Shown here: positions 1 through 12,547 of the stretch, one piece after another
How positions within the stretch are numbered: the first letter of the stretch is position 1
Layout: every line of letters begins with the position of its first letter
DNA from: Octopus sinensis
Taxonomy: Eukaryota
Assembly (NCBI RefSeq): GCF_006345805.1
Contig: NC_043013.1
Location: forward strand, 57,598,001 to 57,662,000
DNA length: 64,000 bases
Direction of reading: 5' to 3'
Translations under genes and position numbers: made by a program
Notes under the pieces: model-generated
Told to the model about the DNA's origin: nothing
Databases searched by the model: none
What the model saw: only the letters and a program-made list of their open reading frames with translations

Positions 1-1530
1 TCTCCCTCCCCCTCCTCCTCTCTCTTCGCCGCGTGTCCCCCTCCTCCTTCCCGTTCCCTTGCCTATAAAACAAAATTCCTTTACACGTGGTTACCACTAT
101 TGAAAAGACTGCCTCCACGCGCTGCACTACACTACACTTTCGTCCTTGCCACAAAAAGGCTTCTTCGTTCGTCCCCTGGTGTGGTTAATTTCCTGTATAG
201 TATTCTTGTTATTTTCTCGTTTTGTAACTAATGTACTTTTTGTACATGTATTTTTATTTTGCAGTTTATTGTTTGTCTATGCCAGAAAAAAGGCTTTTTC
301 GTTCGTCCTCTTGTGTTTTTTTTGTACATGTATTTTAATTTTGCAGTCTTATTGTTACGTCTTGTTTGTGTTCGTACTCATGTGCCCCGCTGCTTGAAAT
401 TTTATTTTAATTCTCTCGCAGGAAGGCCTATTGGATTAGTGTTCTGTTATGCCTTCGAAACATGCCTGACTCCTCTAGCGACAGCTGATGACGGGGGTTT
501 TGTCCTTGTGTAACCTGTCCTGTATTTGTTTTTCGTTTTCCGTTTTCTTTGTTTTTTTTTTTTGGCTTTTCTGTTTCTACGTCTTATTGTGATGTCCTGT
601 ACTTCCGTATAATTATTTATAATGCATGTATATACATGTAGATGTAGGTACGTACATATATGTTTGTATGTATGCATATATTTTTATTTATCTCCTTATT
701 TCTGACAGCGCCCCGCATCAGGTTCGTTCCGATTCGTCGTTTCGATCCACTTCTTGGTCCCCTTTTTTTATATATTAATATTATTATATTGAAGATGCGG
801 TACTCTCTCTCCTTTGCTTTAACCTCTTCAATCTTTCTCCCTCCCCCTCCTCCTCTCTCTTCGCCGCGTGTCCCCCTCCTCCTTCCTGTTCCTTGCCTAT
901 AAAACAAAATTCCTTTACACGTGGTTACACTATTGAAAAGACTGCCTCCACGCGCTGCTACTACACTTTCGTCCTTGCCAGCAAAAGGCTTCTTCGTTCG
1001 TCCCCTTGTGTGGTTAATTTCCTGTATAGTATTCTTGTTATTTTCTCGTTTTGTAACTAATTGTACTTTTTGTACATGTATTTTTATTTTTGCAGTTTAT
1101 TGTTTGTCTTGCCAGAAAAAAGGCTTTTTCGTTCGTCCTCTTGTGTTGTTTTTGTACATGTATTTTAATTTTGCAGTCTTATTGTTACGTCTTGTTTGTG
1201 TTCGTACTCATTGTGCCCCGCTGCTTGAAATTTTATTTTATTCTCTCGCAGGAAGGCCTATTGGATTAGTGTTCTGTTATGCCTTCGAAACATGCCTGAC
1301 TCCTCTAGCGACAGCTGATGACGGGGGTGGTTTGTCCTTGTGTAACCTGTCCTGTATTTGTTTTTCGTTTTCCGTTTTCTTGTTTTTTGTTTTTGGCTTT
1401 TCTGTTTCTACGTCTTATTGTGATTCCTGTACTTCCGTATAATTATTTATATGCATGTATATATACAGTAGATGTAGGTACGTATAATATGTTTGTATGT
1501 ATGCATATATTTTATTTTTATTTATCTCCT
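1..1530. repeat. Direct tandem duplication, period 835 bp (1-695 matches 836-1530; the array may continue beyond the window)
   Basis: TCTCCCTCCCCCTCCTCCTCTCTCTTCGCC starts at 1 and at 836, and the copies stay colinear to TTTATCTCCT (~695 and ~1530). Differences are mostly 1-3 nt indels. There are internal sub-repeats (AAAAGGCTT(C/T)TTCGTTCGTCC; TGTACATGTATTTT(T/A)ATTTTGCAGT). Confidence 0.9.
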
Positions 1531-4078
1531 ATATATATATCTATATATAATGTGTGTGTGGTGTGTGTGTGTGGTTTATATACAGAAATAGAAGGGAAAC
1601 ACGAGTATGTATATATCTATAGAATTTTCTATTGTAATTAAAGAACAGAAAGTTAGAAAATGATTCAAGAAAAGCATTTCATTTATTTAACACGAAATTT
1701 ATTTAACCGTAAATTAATTATGTAAATTACATACCAGGAAGGAAAGATAATTGTCCTGACTTTATTATTTATTTCGTTTTTAATTGAACTCGATTTATTT
1801 ACAAGCGTATTCCGAAAGCGAAAATGCTTTTACTTCAGAAATTGAGCCTCATATATCTTGTATATATATTAGTATTAATACAGCTGACATTAAGCATCGT
1901 GCTCCACCTCGTCACCACACTAAGCACAAATAAACATACTCCACTAGCCAAATATATCACAAGTATTTAGAAGTAAACCATCAACCAACACTGCACATAT
2001 ATGTATAATATCCATCTCCTCGACACCACTTGGGCTGCGTTCGATCACCAACACTGTCACCACTAAAAATATGAATTATTAAATATATAAACCATAAATC
2101 ATAAACTTCCATCACTGCCATAACAATTCGGATCAAGAATCTCGCTAGAGACTGAGTGCCATAAAACAAATATTAGCAACGTATGGAATCTCCCGAATTC
2201 CTACGTTATAAAATATTGGATGGAATCAGGCAAATTGCTTCAACATAGATCAGTGCTTTATCCAAAAAGGTAAAAAACGCAACAGCAACAAAAAAAAGCA
2301 AAGGAGGGAGTCAATACTTATGTCTACTTGGGAAAGGTCACATCCGTTGGACAGAAGAAATGCGTCTCATTTTAAACTTTCCAAAGAGGAATCGGTAACT
2401 TTAGAGTCTCATCTAATCTTTGATTTGTGACCAGACAGTTTGGAATAACATCAATGAAAATATTCCTTGTTTAACTATTGCTGGCATAAGATATTCATGG
2501 CCAACAAAAAGCCGAGGTTCCCAGGATTTGGAATATATTTCAAGGAATCTAATCATTCTCTCCTTCTTTCTGTATGTGTGTATGTAAGTGGGTGTGAAAT
2601 TACGTATGTGCATGTGACCTAAACTGTATAGACAAATATGTTTGTAACATAGAGTAATCAATATCGAATGATAAATAATACAACTGTTCGCCATCACAGC
2701 AACTCAAAGCACACGCTCAAACAAGGAAATGTGTATAATTTTAATATTTACGTAAATGGATGCCGAGGTGTTATTTGTTTGCTTCCGACTCTCATAGAAG
2801 ATTTATCACGCATCAAGCACGCGTGAAAATCTCCCTTTCAAAACAATATGTACACCCCACCCCGCCATCAAAGACACATATGCCTTCACACAAATATGCA
2901 CACGATTTATAATATATTGGGAGTTCACTAAATCGTTAGTCCGATTTCAGTAAAAGTGCATTGAATGGCTTGGCAAGGTACGTTCTATAATATGGAAATT
3001 TGAATAAAGTGTATTTATTGCTAAATAATACAAATGGAAGGCAATTGCTATCAACTAACTCATATGAAGAATCGTTAACAAATGCTGATTTTCATATCCG
3101 TATAAGTGCTCGGCCCTTGATGAGGATTCTTGTTAAAGTCGAAACTAATCGCCGTAATTTCTTTGCTTCAACGCATAGAGAAATATATAGCACATTATTT
3201 ACATTTGTTGACGTTGATAGCGTTGATATTAAAGCATCGCATTGATGCTTTAATATATCATTGTGTATAACTAACGAAATCATAAGATAGGTGTATCTAA
3301 TTTTACATGTATGTATGCATGCATGCATGTCTGTCTGTCTGTCTTCTGTCTGTCTGTCTGTCTTCTGTCTGTCTGTCTGTCTGTCTGTATGTATGTATGT
3401 AGACGTACGTATTCAATATACATTTGCGAGTGTGAGAGACAGAAGCAGAATAGGAATTCAATAATTTGGACGAATGTGGAAATATATTTATGGATATAGA
3501 TTTAATAAACCTACTTTATTATCCAACTCGTGTAACACGGTAATCAGAGCCACTTATTTAATGATTTCACATTTACCTTTTACATCGACTTAGATGTAAA
3601 TAACTTTTTTCTTCTTTTTACCAGAGATAATACGTCTAATTGATAGCACCTGCCTTACAGTGATGTTAACCACCTTGCAATGACTCGCAGATCAATTTAG
3701 CAAGCTACAGTTTTAGCAGTAGTTCTATTTAATTTAAGACGTCTTTCACTGGAGCTACATTTAAGCACTGCCCTCACACTGTTTTCATTCATCAGTTACT
3801 TTTGAAATTAAAATCATTTGAGCAAAGTTTTTCTTTACAAACTTAATTCTCAGCAATGAATGCATTAATTAACATTTACGACGTGCCAATTGAAACATTT
3901 TTCCATAGAAAATTACTTATTTCAGAATATTTTCCTCCAAATACGCTGACCTAATATACATAAGTTAAAGACTTGCTTGTTTAGTTTCCTTTCTCTACTC
4001 TTTACTCATTCACTTTCCCTCGCTTATGACATTTAGCAAGAATTTACATAGACACATTGCTGTACATACATACATACA

Positions 4079-4112
<34 letters not shown>

Positions 4113-4200
4113 CATACATACATGCACACACACATATTATATAAGTAAAATATTAAAACATTATATACATGTGTGTATAAGCGAAAAATTATATATATAT

Positions 4201-4262
4201 AAGCGGTGGTGCCCCAGCATGGCCGCGGCCTTAGGGCTAAAACATTTTAAAGGATTTTAAGG
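4201..4262 (+). mobile_element. 3' tail fragment of tRNA-derived SINE (family A)
   Basis: GCGGTGGTGCCCCAGCATGGCCGCGG...CTAAAACA resembles the tail of the intact copy at 5511-5550. Confidence 0.6.
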
Positions 4263-4323
4263 TTTTATAAGCGAAATATTAAAACATATCTATCTATCTA
4301 TATATATATATATATATATCTCA

Positions 4324-4384
<61 letters not shown>

Positions 4385-4440
4385 AGAAAATAAAGAACTT
4401 ATGCACGCACACACATTCGACAAAGACAAACCTGAGTGAC

Positions 4441-5878
4441 GTGGTGGTGAACGCTGCAACCACTTGCGGTAACAGCCCTGTCACCACCACCACCACTAAC
4501 AACAACAACAACGAGAATACTACTGCTACCACCACCACCACCACCACCATCACCACCACCGCCAACTCATCCACTACCTCAACTACCAACAACAACAACA
4601 ATAACAATGACAACAACAATAACAACGATTGCGCCACCATTTCGATATCTGCTGCCACGGCTGTCTCTTCTGCCACTGACACCACCGCCAACACCACCAT
4701 CAAAAACAATAATGACAACAACAACAATTCCGTTCAGACCTTGTTTCCTCCAACACCAAGAACTGAAGGAGGTAAACAAAAGACTGTGACCACCAAACAA
4801 ATTGACGAAAGCTGCTCAAACCCAGGAACAAATTATGCAAGTAATTTTCCACCCCTTCCTACTTGCACAATCAAACATCAGACACCAAATACACCAATTT
4901 TACCAACTGCAGCCAACAACAACATCACCACCAGCAACAACAATAACAAAACAACAACAAATTTCGCCGAGGCGATAAAAGACAAACAGACAACAGTATC
5001 TTTTGCTGCACAACAGATAAAAGATACCAAAGTTTTAATAACGACAGTAGAAGACATGGTAAAAATAAACATACCACAAGAAATATTAGAAAATGAAAAA
5101 AAAAGAACTATCATATATAAAATAAGTAATAAGAAAACAAAAAGTTCAGAGAAGGCTAACACAAGCAAAATCGAAAAATGCTTGAAACCCATCTGGAACT
5201 TCAAACATAGGCGCAGGAGTGGCTGTGTGGTAAGTAGCTTGCTAATCAACCACATGGTTCCGGGTTCAGTCCCACTGCGTGGCATCTTGGGCAAGTGTCT
5301 TCTGCTATAGCCCTGGGCCGACCAATGCCTTGTGAGTGGATTTGGTAGACGGAAACTGAGAGAAGCCCGTCGTATATATGTATATATATATGTGTGTGTA
5401 TGTGTTTGTGTCTGTGTTTGTCCCCCTAGCATTGCTTGACAACCGATGCTGGTGCGTTTACGTCCCCGTAACTTAGCGGTTCGGCAAAAGAGACCGATAG
5501 AATAAGTACTGGCGGTGCACCAGCATGGCCGCAGTCAAATGACAGAAACAAGTAAAAGAGTAAAAGAGTAAAGAGTATGTGACCTGGTGGAACAAGTTCG
5601 CGCATATACAAGTGGTTTTCCACACTGAAGAGTTAGCAAAACGTTTCTCAACGCTAACTCTTCATTCCGATGAACTCACATTAATACCAAGCTATCGTGG
5701 ACAGAAAGTGACTAAGATCACTTTAAACAATGTTCCAAAAACAGCGAACAATCTATGGCTAGCAACAGCCATATGTGTGGAAATGGAAGATTTCACAATT
5801 TTAGAAACTACGGTCACGGAACACAAAAATTGGATGGGAAAAAGAGTAGAATTTCTACTACACATCAACCAAGATGAT
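4441..5878 (+). pseudogene. Tx1-like ORF1 N-terminal part (Thr/Asn low-complexity leader plus conserved ORF1 block), split by a SINE at 5209-5576
   Basis: ORF 4441-5208 joins in frame to 5579 once the SINE and one AT copy are removed (…IWNFKH|VTWWNKFAH…). It is homologous to ORF1 at 27422. Confidence 0.8.
5209..5576 (+). mobile_element. Full-length tRNA-derived SINE with CORE-like domain (family A)
   Basis: A box TGGCTGTGTGG (5220-5230), B box GGTTCAGTCC (5263-5272), CORE-like ATCTTGGGCAAGTGTCTT (5284-5301), internal TA/TG microsatellite and (AGTAAA(A)G)n tail. AT is duplicated at 5207-5208 and 5577-5578. Confidence 0.9.
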
Positions 5879-6922
5879 TACATCGCATCCGTCATCGAGT
5901 ATCGTCTGACCGTCGTGCCTTGTCCCGACCCTACCATCACCAACCTGGAACGTATACTCTTCCGCTTCCTGTGGAAGGGAAACGTTCCGATGGTTAGGCG
6001 ATCCATTTGCTGTCAACACCCGCTAAATGGAGGGCTGGGCATGCCGTGGTTGATGATGCGCAGACATGCGCTGAGACTGCGACATTTCCGGCGCTTCATA
6101 GACGACGGTGAACAGGTGTGGTCGCCTTTTGTGCGGCGCGCTTTCCCGCAGCTCGTCTCCTTGGCCGAACTACAGTCATGGATCAAGCAGAGACCGAGGG
6201 TAGGCGAATGGCACCGCGAGTGTCGCATTGCTCTCAAGCAACTCTGCCGTCCGGGATAAAACTTGTGCGACTCCATCACAACAAAGGCATTCTATAGAGG
6301 ATTAGTGGAAGGGAGGTGCGACGACGATCTCGGGCAGAGTCTGGGCGTCGACGAGAAACACCTGACCCGCCTGTTCAGGACAACTTTCGGGCCGGGACCT
6401 ATGAACAATCACCAAAGATCCCTGGCCTGGCAGTGCTATCGAGAAGCATTACCTGTTCGGGATAAGCTCTACAGACACGGTTCCAGACACACTGGACCGA
6501 CTTTCCCGAGATGCGGTCAGAGCGACGAAACCGTTCTGCACGCACTCGTGCAATGTCCAACCATTTCAGACCTGTGGGCTTATGCCGAACGGCTGCTGTC
6601 ACGTGTGGGACGAATCCGCCTATCGGCCGAGTCTACCCTAAGGTTTGCTCCGCCCCCTTCCCTCAACCTGGAAGGCAAGGCAGTTTTCATCGTACTGATG
6701 GCCATGGTGAAAGAATGTGTGTGATGGACCCGAGCGAAAGGATTAGAGACAAACACTTACCTCTCCAGCAAATCGCTCATCAACTTTTGCAAGTACCACT
6801 TGAAAAGGAAGGTGGGAATGGAGACGAAAGTTTTGTCTCGCGAAAAATTCAAAAATAGATGGGTGAATGTTGCAAAGATGGTGCGTGCGAGTGACGAAAC
6901 CATTTTTAGCATGACCCTGTAA
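5879..6922 (+). pseudogene. Tx1-like ORF2 C-terminal region (post-RT domain plus CCHC zinc finger); no endonuclease or RT core
   Basis: IASVIEYRLTVVPCPD…LERILFRFLWKG…PLNGGLGMP, and FPRC…ETVLHALVQC (first Cys mutated to Phe). One reading frame runs through stops at 6257-6259 and 6722-6724 to the natural TAA at 6920-6922. Confidence 0.88.
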
Positions 6923-7222
6923 ATCGTAAAAAAAGAGAGAGAGAGAGAGCATTTTGCACTCATGTGGTTATTTCCTCCCTGACTGAGGTTCCCGTGGTCT
7001 TTTCTGTAGGCTTTTCTTCCCACGGATGAACCCAATCTTGTTTTATCAATGTATTTTTTTTAAAAAAGTGTTTCTGTGATACACGATTCTTTTTTTCTCC
7101 TCTCGATCCCTTTTGATCGAAATCTTACATTTATTTTCCTTTTTTCCACTCTCGAAAAAAAAGCTCTACATTTGTATTTGTCCCCTCTGTATTCAGCCCT
7201 GTGTGTCTAATAAAAGAAAGTT

Positions 7223-7238
7223 ATCTATCTATCTATCA

Positions 7239-7322
<84 letters not shown>
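7223..7322. repeat. (ATCT)25 microsatellite at the 3' junction of Tx1-like copy 1
   Basis: Directly visible; one unit is ATCA. Confidence 0.95.
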
Positions 7323-10310
7323 CAAATAACAAAAGATCTAGAGTTGCCACCTCTGGTGCCTCTACATATGTCAGAACAGTTGCCATTACCTGCACCCTAT
7401 CTGTCACACTATTAATCTTGTTGAATATCTGAGGCCTTGAGATATACCCCTAATGCAAAACCGAATACCTGAGAGTATTATGGCATGTGATCAAGCAATA
7501 TGCATGACACTAGCAAAAACATATGAATGCTGGCATATCAAATGCTGAGATACAGTATTTCGATTAGACTGGAGAGCAAGAATACATCCGGGAAATTGAC
7601 ATGCCAGTACTCGTAGCTATGACAACATCCTACATCTTTCTCCTTTACCAGATAAATCAATCGCACAAAACGCTACAATTCGTAATAGAACTAAACATTT
7701 GATTTCCTTCGTACTCCCTCCCCCCAATATTCAACCTCTTTTCACTGAATACCCATAAATTCTGTGGTATCTCTGCCCTCCTCTGTTTCGTATTTAGCCT
7801 TAACTTGCCAATCCTAAACCCCGACACAAAACCTAATTAGCTTTATTTACGAAATTATATATTTCTTCATTTTTTAGGTTTTACTTTTCTTTACTTTTTA
7901 TCCTTATTTTATCTTCGGTCCTGCCCCAGCTACCCCTTTTTCTAAGCCTACTATAATAAAATATCACCTACACCCCATCTCCAGCCTCTCAAAGAACCAG
8001 ACTAGCTGATTGCTTTTTTCCCCCGGGCAGCTAACCAAAAATATCCTATTACACCCTTTCACAAACTAAATTCTTAACCTAAATCCACACCTTAATGACT
8101 GCAACTGTTAAGTTAAACAGGTAAATAGTTTTTCATGTTGCACTGTAAGCTCAGGATGAAGTCCATTGTCAAAATGGGGGAAGCTGGGTTTTATTAGCCA
8201 AAACTGTGCAACTATAACAAATTGGTTAGACCTTAGCAAACCTTTATAAGCGGAGATAATTGTACCCTTAGGTTTTTGTGATAGTTTTTTGTGTGAGACA
8301 ACATTTTATGTACCCCACATTTGTTTTGTTTGTTGTTGTAATGTAATTTCTATATAATGGCTTTCTGCCTATAATAAAGAAATGAGTTTTTTGTGAGACA
8401 AAGTCGTTCAGTTGGATTCTGGAAGCTGTGATTGCTTGTTTAGTTTACGTACTTTGGGCTTTGTGTTAGGCCTTTATGGATTTATTTTATGCTTCAGGAA
8501 TTCGCCAGAACTTTCGTCAAATTTTAAATAATTTCAGTGTCACATCTGGGTGAGTAAAAAAAAATCTCTTAAGATATGTTATATTTATGTGAATTTTGAA
8601 CCCTGCATTTGTGTTAGGTTGTGTAGTAATTTTCTATTTTCTGTGAAGAGAAATGTTAAATTTGTATAAATAGCTAAAGGGTGTATGTATTTAATTTTTT
8701 CTTTTAGCCAATTTTTTTTATTCGACAACTCAACTGTCAATTTTGTCAAATGGTTACTCAGCAGGTTTATATGAAGCAGTTTGTGTGAATTTAAAGCAAA
8801 CTAGCTTTTTGTTTGACTGTTTAATTTTTTAACTGTAATTATTGATGTAATCTGGCAGCCGTTTTGTGTCATGAACTTTTAGTTTAAATGGTTGCTTTGA
8901 CATTAGATTTAGGTCCAAGTTTTCAACATTCCAAGGTTCGAAATCCAAGGTTGAACACCGAATTGATAGAAGACAAGGTTCGAAATCCACTGTTCGAAAA
9001 TCAATTTGTACTAAAACCATATTTGTACTAAAATAGAAATCTGGATTTTATGAAATCCAAAATTTTGGAATGCATATTTTTTGAAAAGCCAAATTTGTGT
9101 GCGGCCAATGTTGGTGAAACCAAAAACCGGGATATGGAGTCCGAATTTCTGAACTGTGTATATATGTTAGCCTTGTAACTTTTGACTGCACGTCTGGTGT
9201 AGCATTTGTTGTTTGTTTGTGTATATATTTGTTTGTATGTAAGCTGTTTTTATGCTATTAATATTTTACAAAAAAATTCATGGTGTGGTGCTGTCTTGAA
9301 TTCACCCTATCCTCGTTGATTCTGTAAATTCAGGTTATGGCCACCAGGTAGCAACAAATATATATATATAAACAGACACACACATACACACGCACACAGA
9401 TATCGATCTTTTCAATATTTTGGTCGTGAGAAGTTATCGAGGAACTAAATATTTTAAGGTAGGATTCGATTCCATGTATAAGTAAATTTTGGGTAGTTTT
9501 ACGAGGTTCCTGCTTCTTTGCTCGATTCCTTCTCCAAATTCTTTCATGATTAAAAGAAACACAATTCCAATTTGACATAAGCATGGTTACCATGACCGCA
9601 GACAGTTTTTATTCTTCTTCGTTTTGTTACTAAACTGATATTTAAATTTAAGGTAAAAATATTGTTGCTATGCAAAAATATATCGTATTCTGTAAATAAG
9701 AAGCTACAGGAAAATAAACTGTTAGAATCGCAATGTATCGTAAATATTTACGTATATTTAATTAATTCTGTTTAAGAATATTTATGCCTAAAAACTGATA
9801 TAAATCAATTTTTCTACATAACCAAACTATTAGACTGAATATATTTTTATAAAAAGTAAATGGACCGTGATTATAGTTTCTGTTGAGGTACTGTGCACTT
9901 AGATCCAAATGTAGTTGTTCTGTCGTAGAGTTTATATTTCAGTCAATATCTGCAAACTCTTCGTAGTGGTGTGCAAAAGTTAACAGTAGAACGCGCAGAA
10001 TTATGAGACATACTATAAAACTTATGAACAGATTGTCTATAAAATATGCTTCTACACCGTATTCTGGAACAACTTCGTGTTACATTTGGCACTTAAATAG
10101 GACATAAAACTGAACTACTGAGAGCCTTGATTTCAGCCTTGCGTTTCGTTTGAACTGCGTTACAAAATAAACTGTTAATATTGTTATTGATATCAAATGA
10201 GTTTAAATGAAAATTTTGGTTCTTATGAAACTTGTAACAAAATTAAATATTTGAAAACGATGATGTCTTTAGAGATTAGATATGCAATTGATACTATATG
10301 TACAATATAC

Positions 10311-10530
10311 GGCGGCGAACTGGAGGATTCGTTAGCAGACTGGACAAACGCTTAGTGGCACTTCGTCCGATTTTACGTATTGAATTGAAATCCAGCTGCG
10401 ATCGACTTCCCTTTTTAAGCTTTTGGGGTCAATGAAATAAGTCCCAGTCAAGCACGGGAGGTCGATGTAGTCAACCAACCGCCCTCTTCGAACTTGCTGG
10501 CCTTGTGTCAAAATTTGAAAGCAATATTGT
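10311..10530 (+). mobile_element. tRNA-derived SINE (family B), diverged
   Basis: Head GGCGGCGAACTGG…GTTAGCA, conserved middle GGGGTCAATGAAATAAGT..CAGT and tail GGCCTTGTGTCAAAATTTGAAA, matching other copies in the window. Confidence 0.75.
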
Positions 10531-10710
10531 TAGTAGATTATGTTTGAGAGGTTAAAGTTTTTGATTGGAAAAATATTGAACACAGAATCGAACTTTGTCA
10601 CGTGGTACCGGTTGTCTTGCGAGTAACACCTTTCAAAGAATCAAATGCTGTCTACACTGTAAAATGTGTGATGCCTGCGAAGGAGAATCTTTAGAAGGAG
10701 AGAGAGGCTT

Positions 10711-10933
10711 TGAAATAATCCTTTCCACTACAGGCACAAGGCCTGACATTTTTTTTTGGGGGGGGAGCAGTCGATTACATCGACACCGTGCGCAACTGGT
10801 ACTTATTTCATCGACTTCCAAAGGATGAAAAGCAAATTCAACTACGGTGGAATTTGAACTCGCAACGTAAAGACGGACAAAACGCTGCTAAGGAGTTTGC
10901 CCGGTGTGCTAACGCTGTTGCCAGCTCGCCGCC
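10711..10933 (-). mobile_element. tRNA-derived SINE (family B)
   Basis: The reverse complement reads GGCGGCGAGCTGGCAAC…GAGTTCAAATTCCACC…CTTTTCATCCTTTGGAAGTCGATGAAATAAGTACCAGTT…GGCCTTGTGCCTGTAGTGGAAAGG. Confidence 0.85.
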
Positions 10934-11562
10934 TTAAGAGATTATGAAATAATGAAAGGGTATATTATGACTAAGAATTAAGCAGTACATGAACTAAAAC
11001 AAAAAGAAATACGTTCGACTTTTTATATTCACAAGTAGCTGCTAAGTATATTAGTTCAACTGGGCAGGAAGAGACTAATATATCGACTGCGTTGAATACA
11101 GCAGCCAACATTTATTTCAGAATGATTTTATATATGTATGCGGGAGGTGGTGCGGTTAATACCTGACTACAAATAGGCAGGAGACTTCAGACATTTGAAA
11201 AATATAAATGCACAATGCTGGAATAAAAATTTGTCCAATAAAAAATTAAGAAGACTCTCAAAGAAAATAAGTTATAAGACGGAAAAGAATGACATCTCTT
11301 TAAGAGAGTAAACAAATACAAAGCAGAGGAGAGGAGACGGTTAAAGAGGAGACGAAAGAAACAAAGAAATAAGCTTGAGACACAATGACCGGCAAAGTCG
11401 ACGGCAAACAACTCTGATATGAGAAACATTGAGAAAACTGGTCTGTGGAGAAATAGACAGAAGAAAGATGTGATTACGAGGACGGCGAGATGAAGAATGT
11501 ATGCGTGAGGCTCAACGATTTTCCTATGCACAGGCACACGCACACACACACAGGTATACACG

Positions 11563-11608
<46 letters not shown>

Positions 11609-11625
11609 CACACACACAAATATGT

Positions 11626-11813
11626 ACTTTTATTCTTTTATTTGCTTCAGTCATTTGACTGCGGCCATGTTGGAGCAAATCGACCCCATGACTTACTCTT
11701 TGTAAACCTAGTACTTATTCTATCTTGCCGAACCGCTGCTTTAGGTGGAAGTAATGTACCAGCATCGGTTGTCAAGCGATGGTGGGGGAGGGTACAAAAG
11801 CAAACACACAAAC

Positions 11814-11848
<35 letters not shown>

Positions 11849-11959
11849 AAGGGCTTATTTCAGTTTGTCTACCAAATCCACTCACAAGGCTTTGGTCGGC
11901 CCGAGGCAATAGTAGAAGACACTTGAACTTGGAACCATTTTTTTGATAAGCAAGCTACT
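11626..11959 (-). mobile_element. tRNA/CORE-like SINE (family A), 5'-degenerate
   Basis: Reverse-complement match to 5235-5560 (GACCAAAGCCTTGTGAGTGGATTTGGTAGAC; CGCTTGACAACCGATGCTGG; CAACATGGCCGCAGTCAAATGACTGAAGC). Confidence 0.88.
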
Positions 11960-12233
11960 ATATATAAATATATATAATTTATACCTGTGTGTGTATATAC
12001 ATTTTTATTATATATATGTATATATATTTATATATACATGTATATACATAAATGTATACATAAATATGCGTATATGATTCAGCATATGTCCTTGGTAAAA
12101 GCAGATAGCAATGTAAATAAATGTACAGAGCTAATTTTCATAGTTACAGTACTACATGTTATGCAGTGGAGTTCATCACATACAATTAGTTTCTATTTCA
12201 TTGTGATTCAAGTTTCACACCAATGCAGTCTTT

Positions 12234-12450
12234 AACATTGGTTTCGAATTTTGGCACAAGACCAGCAATTTTGGAGGTAAGCAAGTCGATTATATCGACT
12301 CCAGTTCTCAACTGGTACTTTACTTTGTCGACACCGAAAGGATGAAAGGCAAAAACAGCCTGAGCAGAATTTGAACTCAGAACGTTATGACGAACAAAAT
12401 GTTGCAAAGTATTTTTCCCGGTGTGTCAACGATTGTGAGGGTTCGTCGCC
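12234..12450 (-). mobile_element. tRNA-derived SINE (family B)
   Basis: The reverse complement contains GGCGACGAA…GTTCTGAGTTCAAATTCTGC…GCCTTTCATCCTTTCGGTGTCGAC…AAGTACCAGTTGAGAACTGG. Confidence 0.85.
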
Positions 12451-12495
12451 TTAAATTTAGAATCAATAATGATTGCTATTTAGTCGGTTCTTGTG

Positions 12496-12543
<48 letters not shown>

Positions 12544-12547
12544 AATC

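Larger units (their letters stand above)
4383..7222 (+). mobile_element. Internally deleted L1/Tx1-clade non-LTR retrotransposon (copy 1)
   Basis: ORF1 segments align with ORF1 of the element at 27205 (RTIIYK..EKCLKPIW..LIPSYRGQKVTKITL vs KTVTYK..ERCMAPIW..LLPLYLGRRTAKVTI). The ORF2 C-terminal half aligns with 31000-32010. The 3' UTR has AATAAA at 7209-7214, followed by (ATCT)n. A short TATCTATCTA lies upstream at ~4290. Confidence 0.85.

Noticed and set aside
421-520. Hammerhead in the 835-bp unit (GAAAC at 457, CTGATGA at 485-491, GAAGGC/GCCTTC and GACAG/CTGTC stems)
   Set aside because: The core pieces cannot be assembled in any valid topology: there is no UH triplet after stem III and no GAAA after the stem that follows CUGAUGA.
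8145-8555. Possible LTR (TGT…CA with AATAAA), or a 52-nt exon at 8498-8549
   Set aside because: There is no partner LTR, TSD, clear PBS or gag/pol, and the splice-like signals alone are insufficient.
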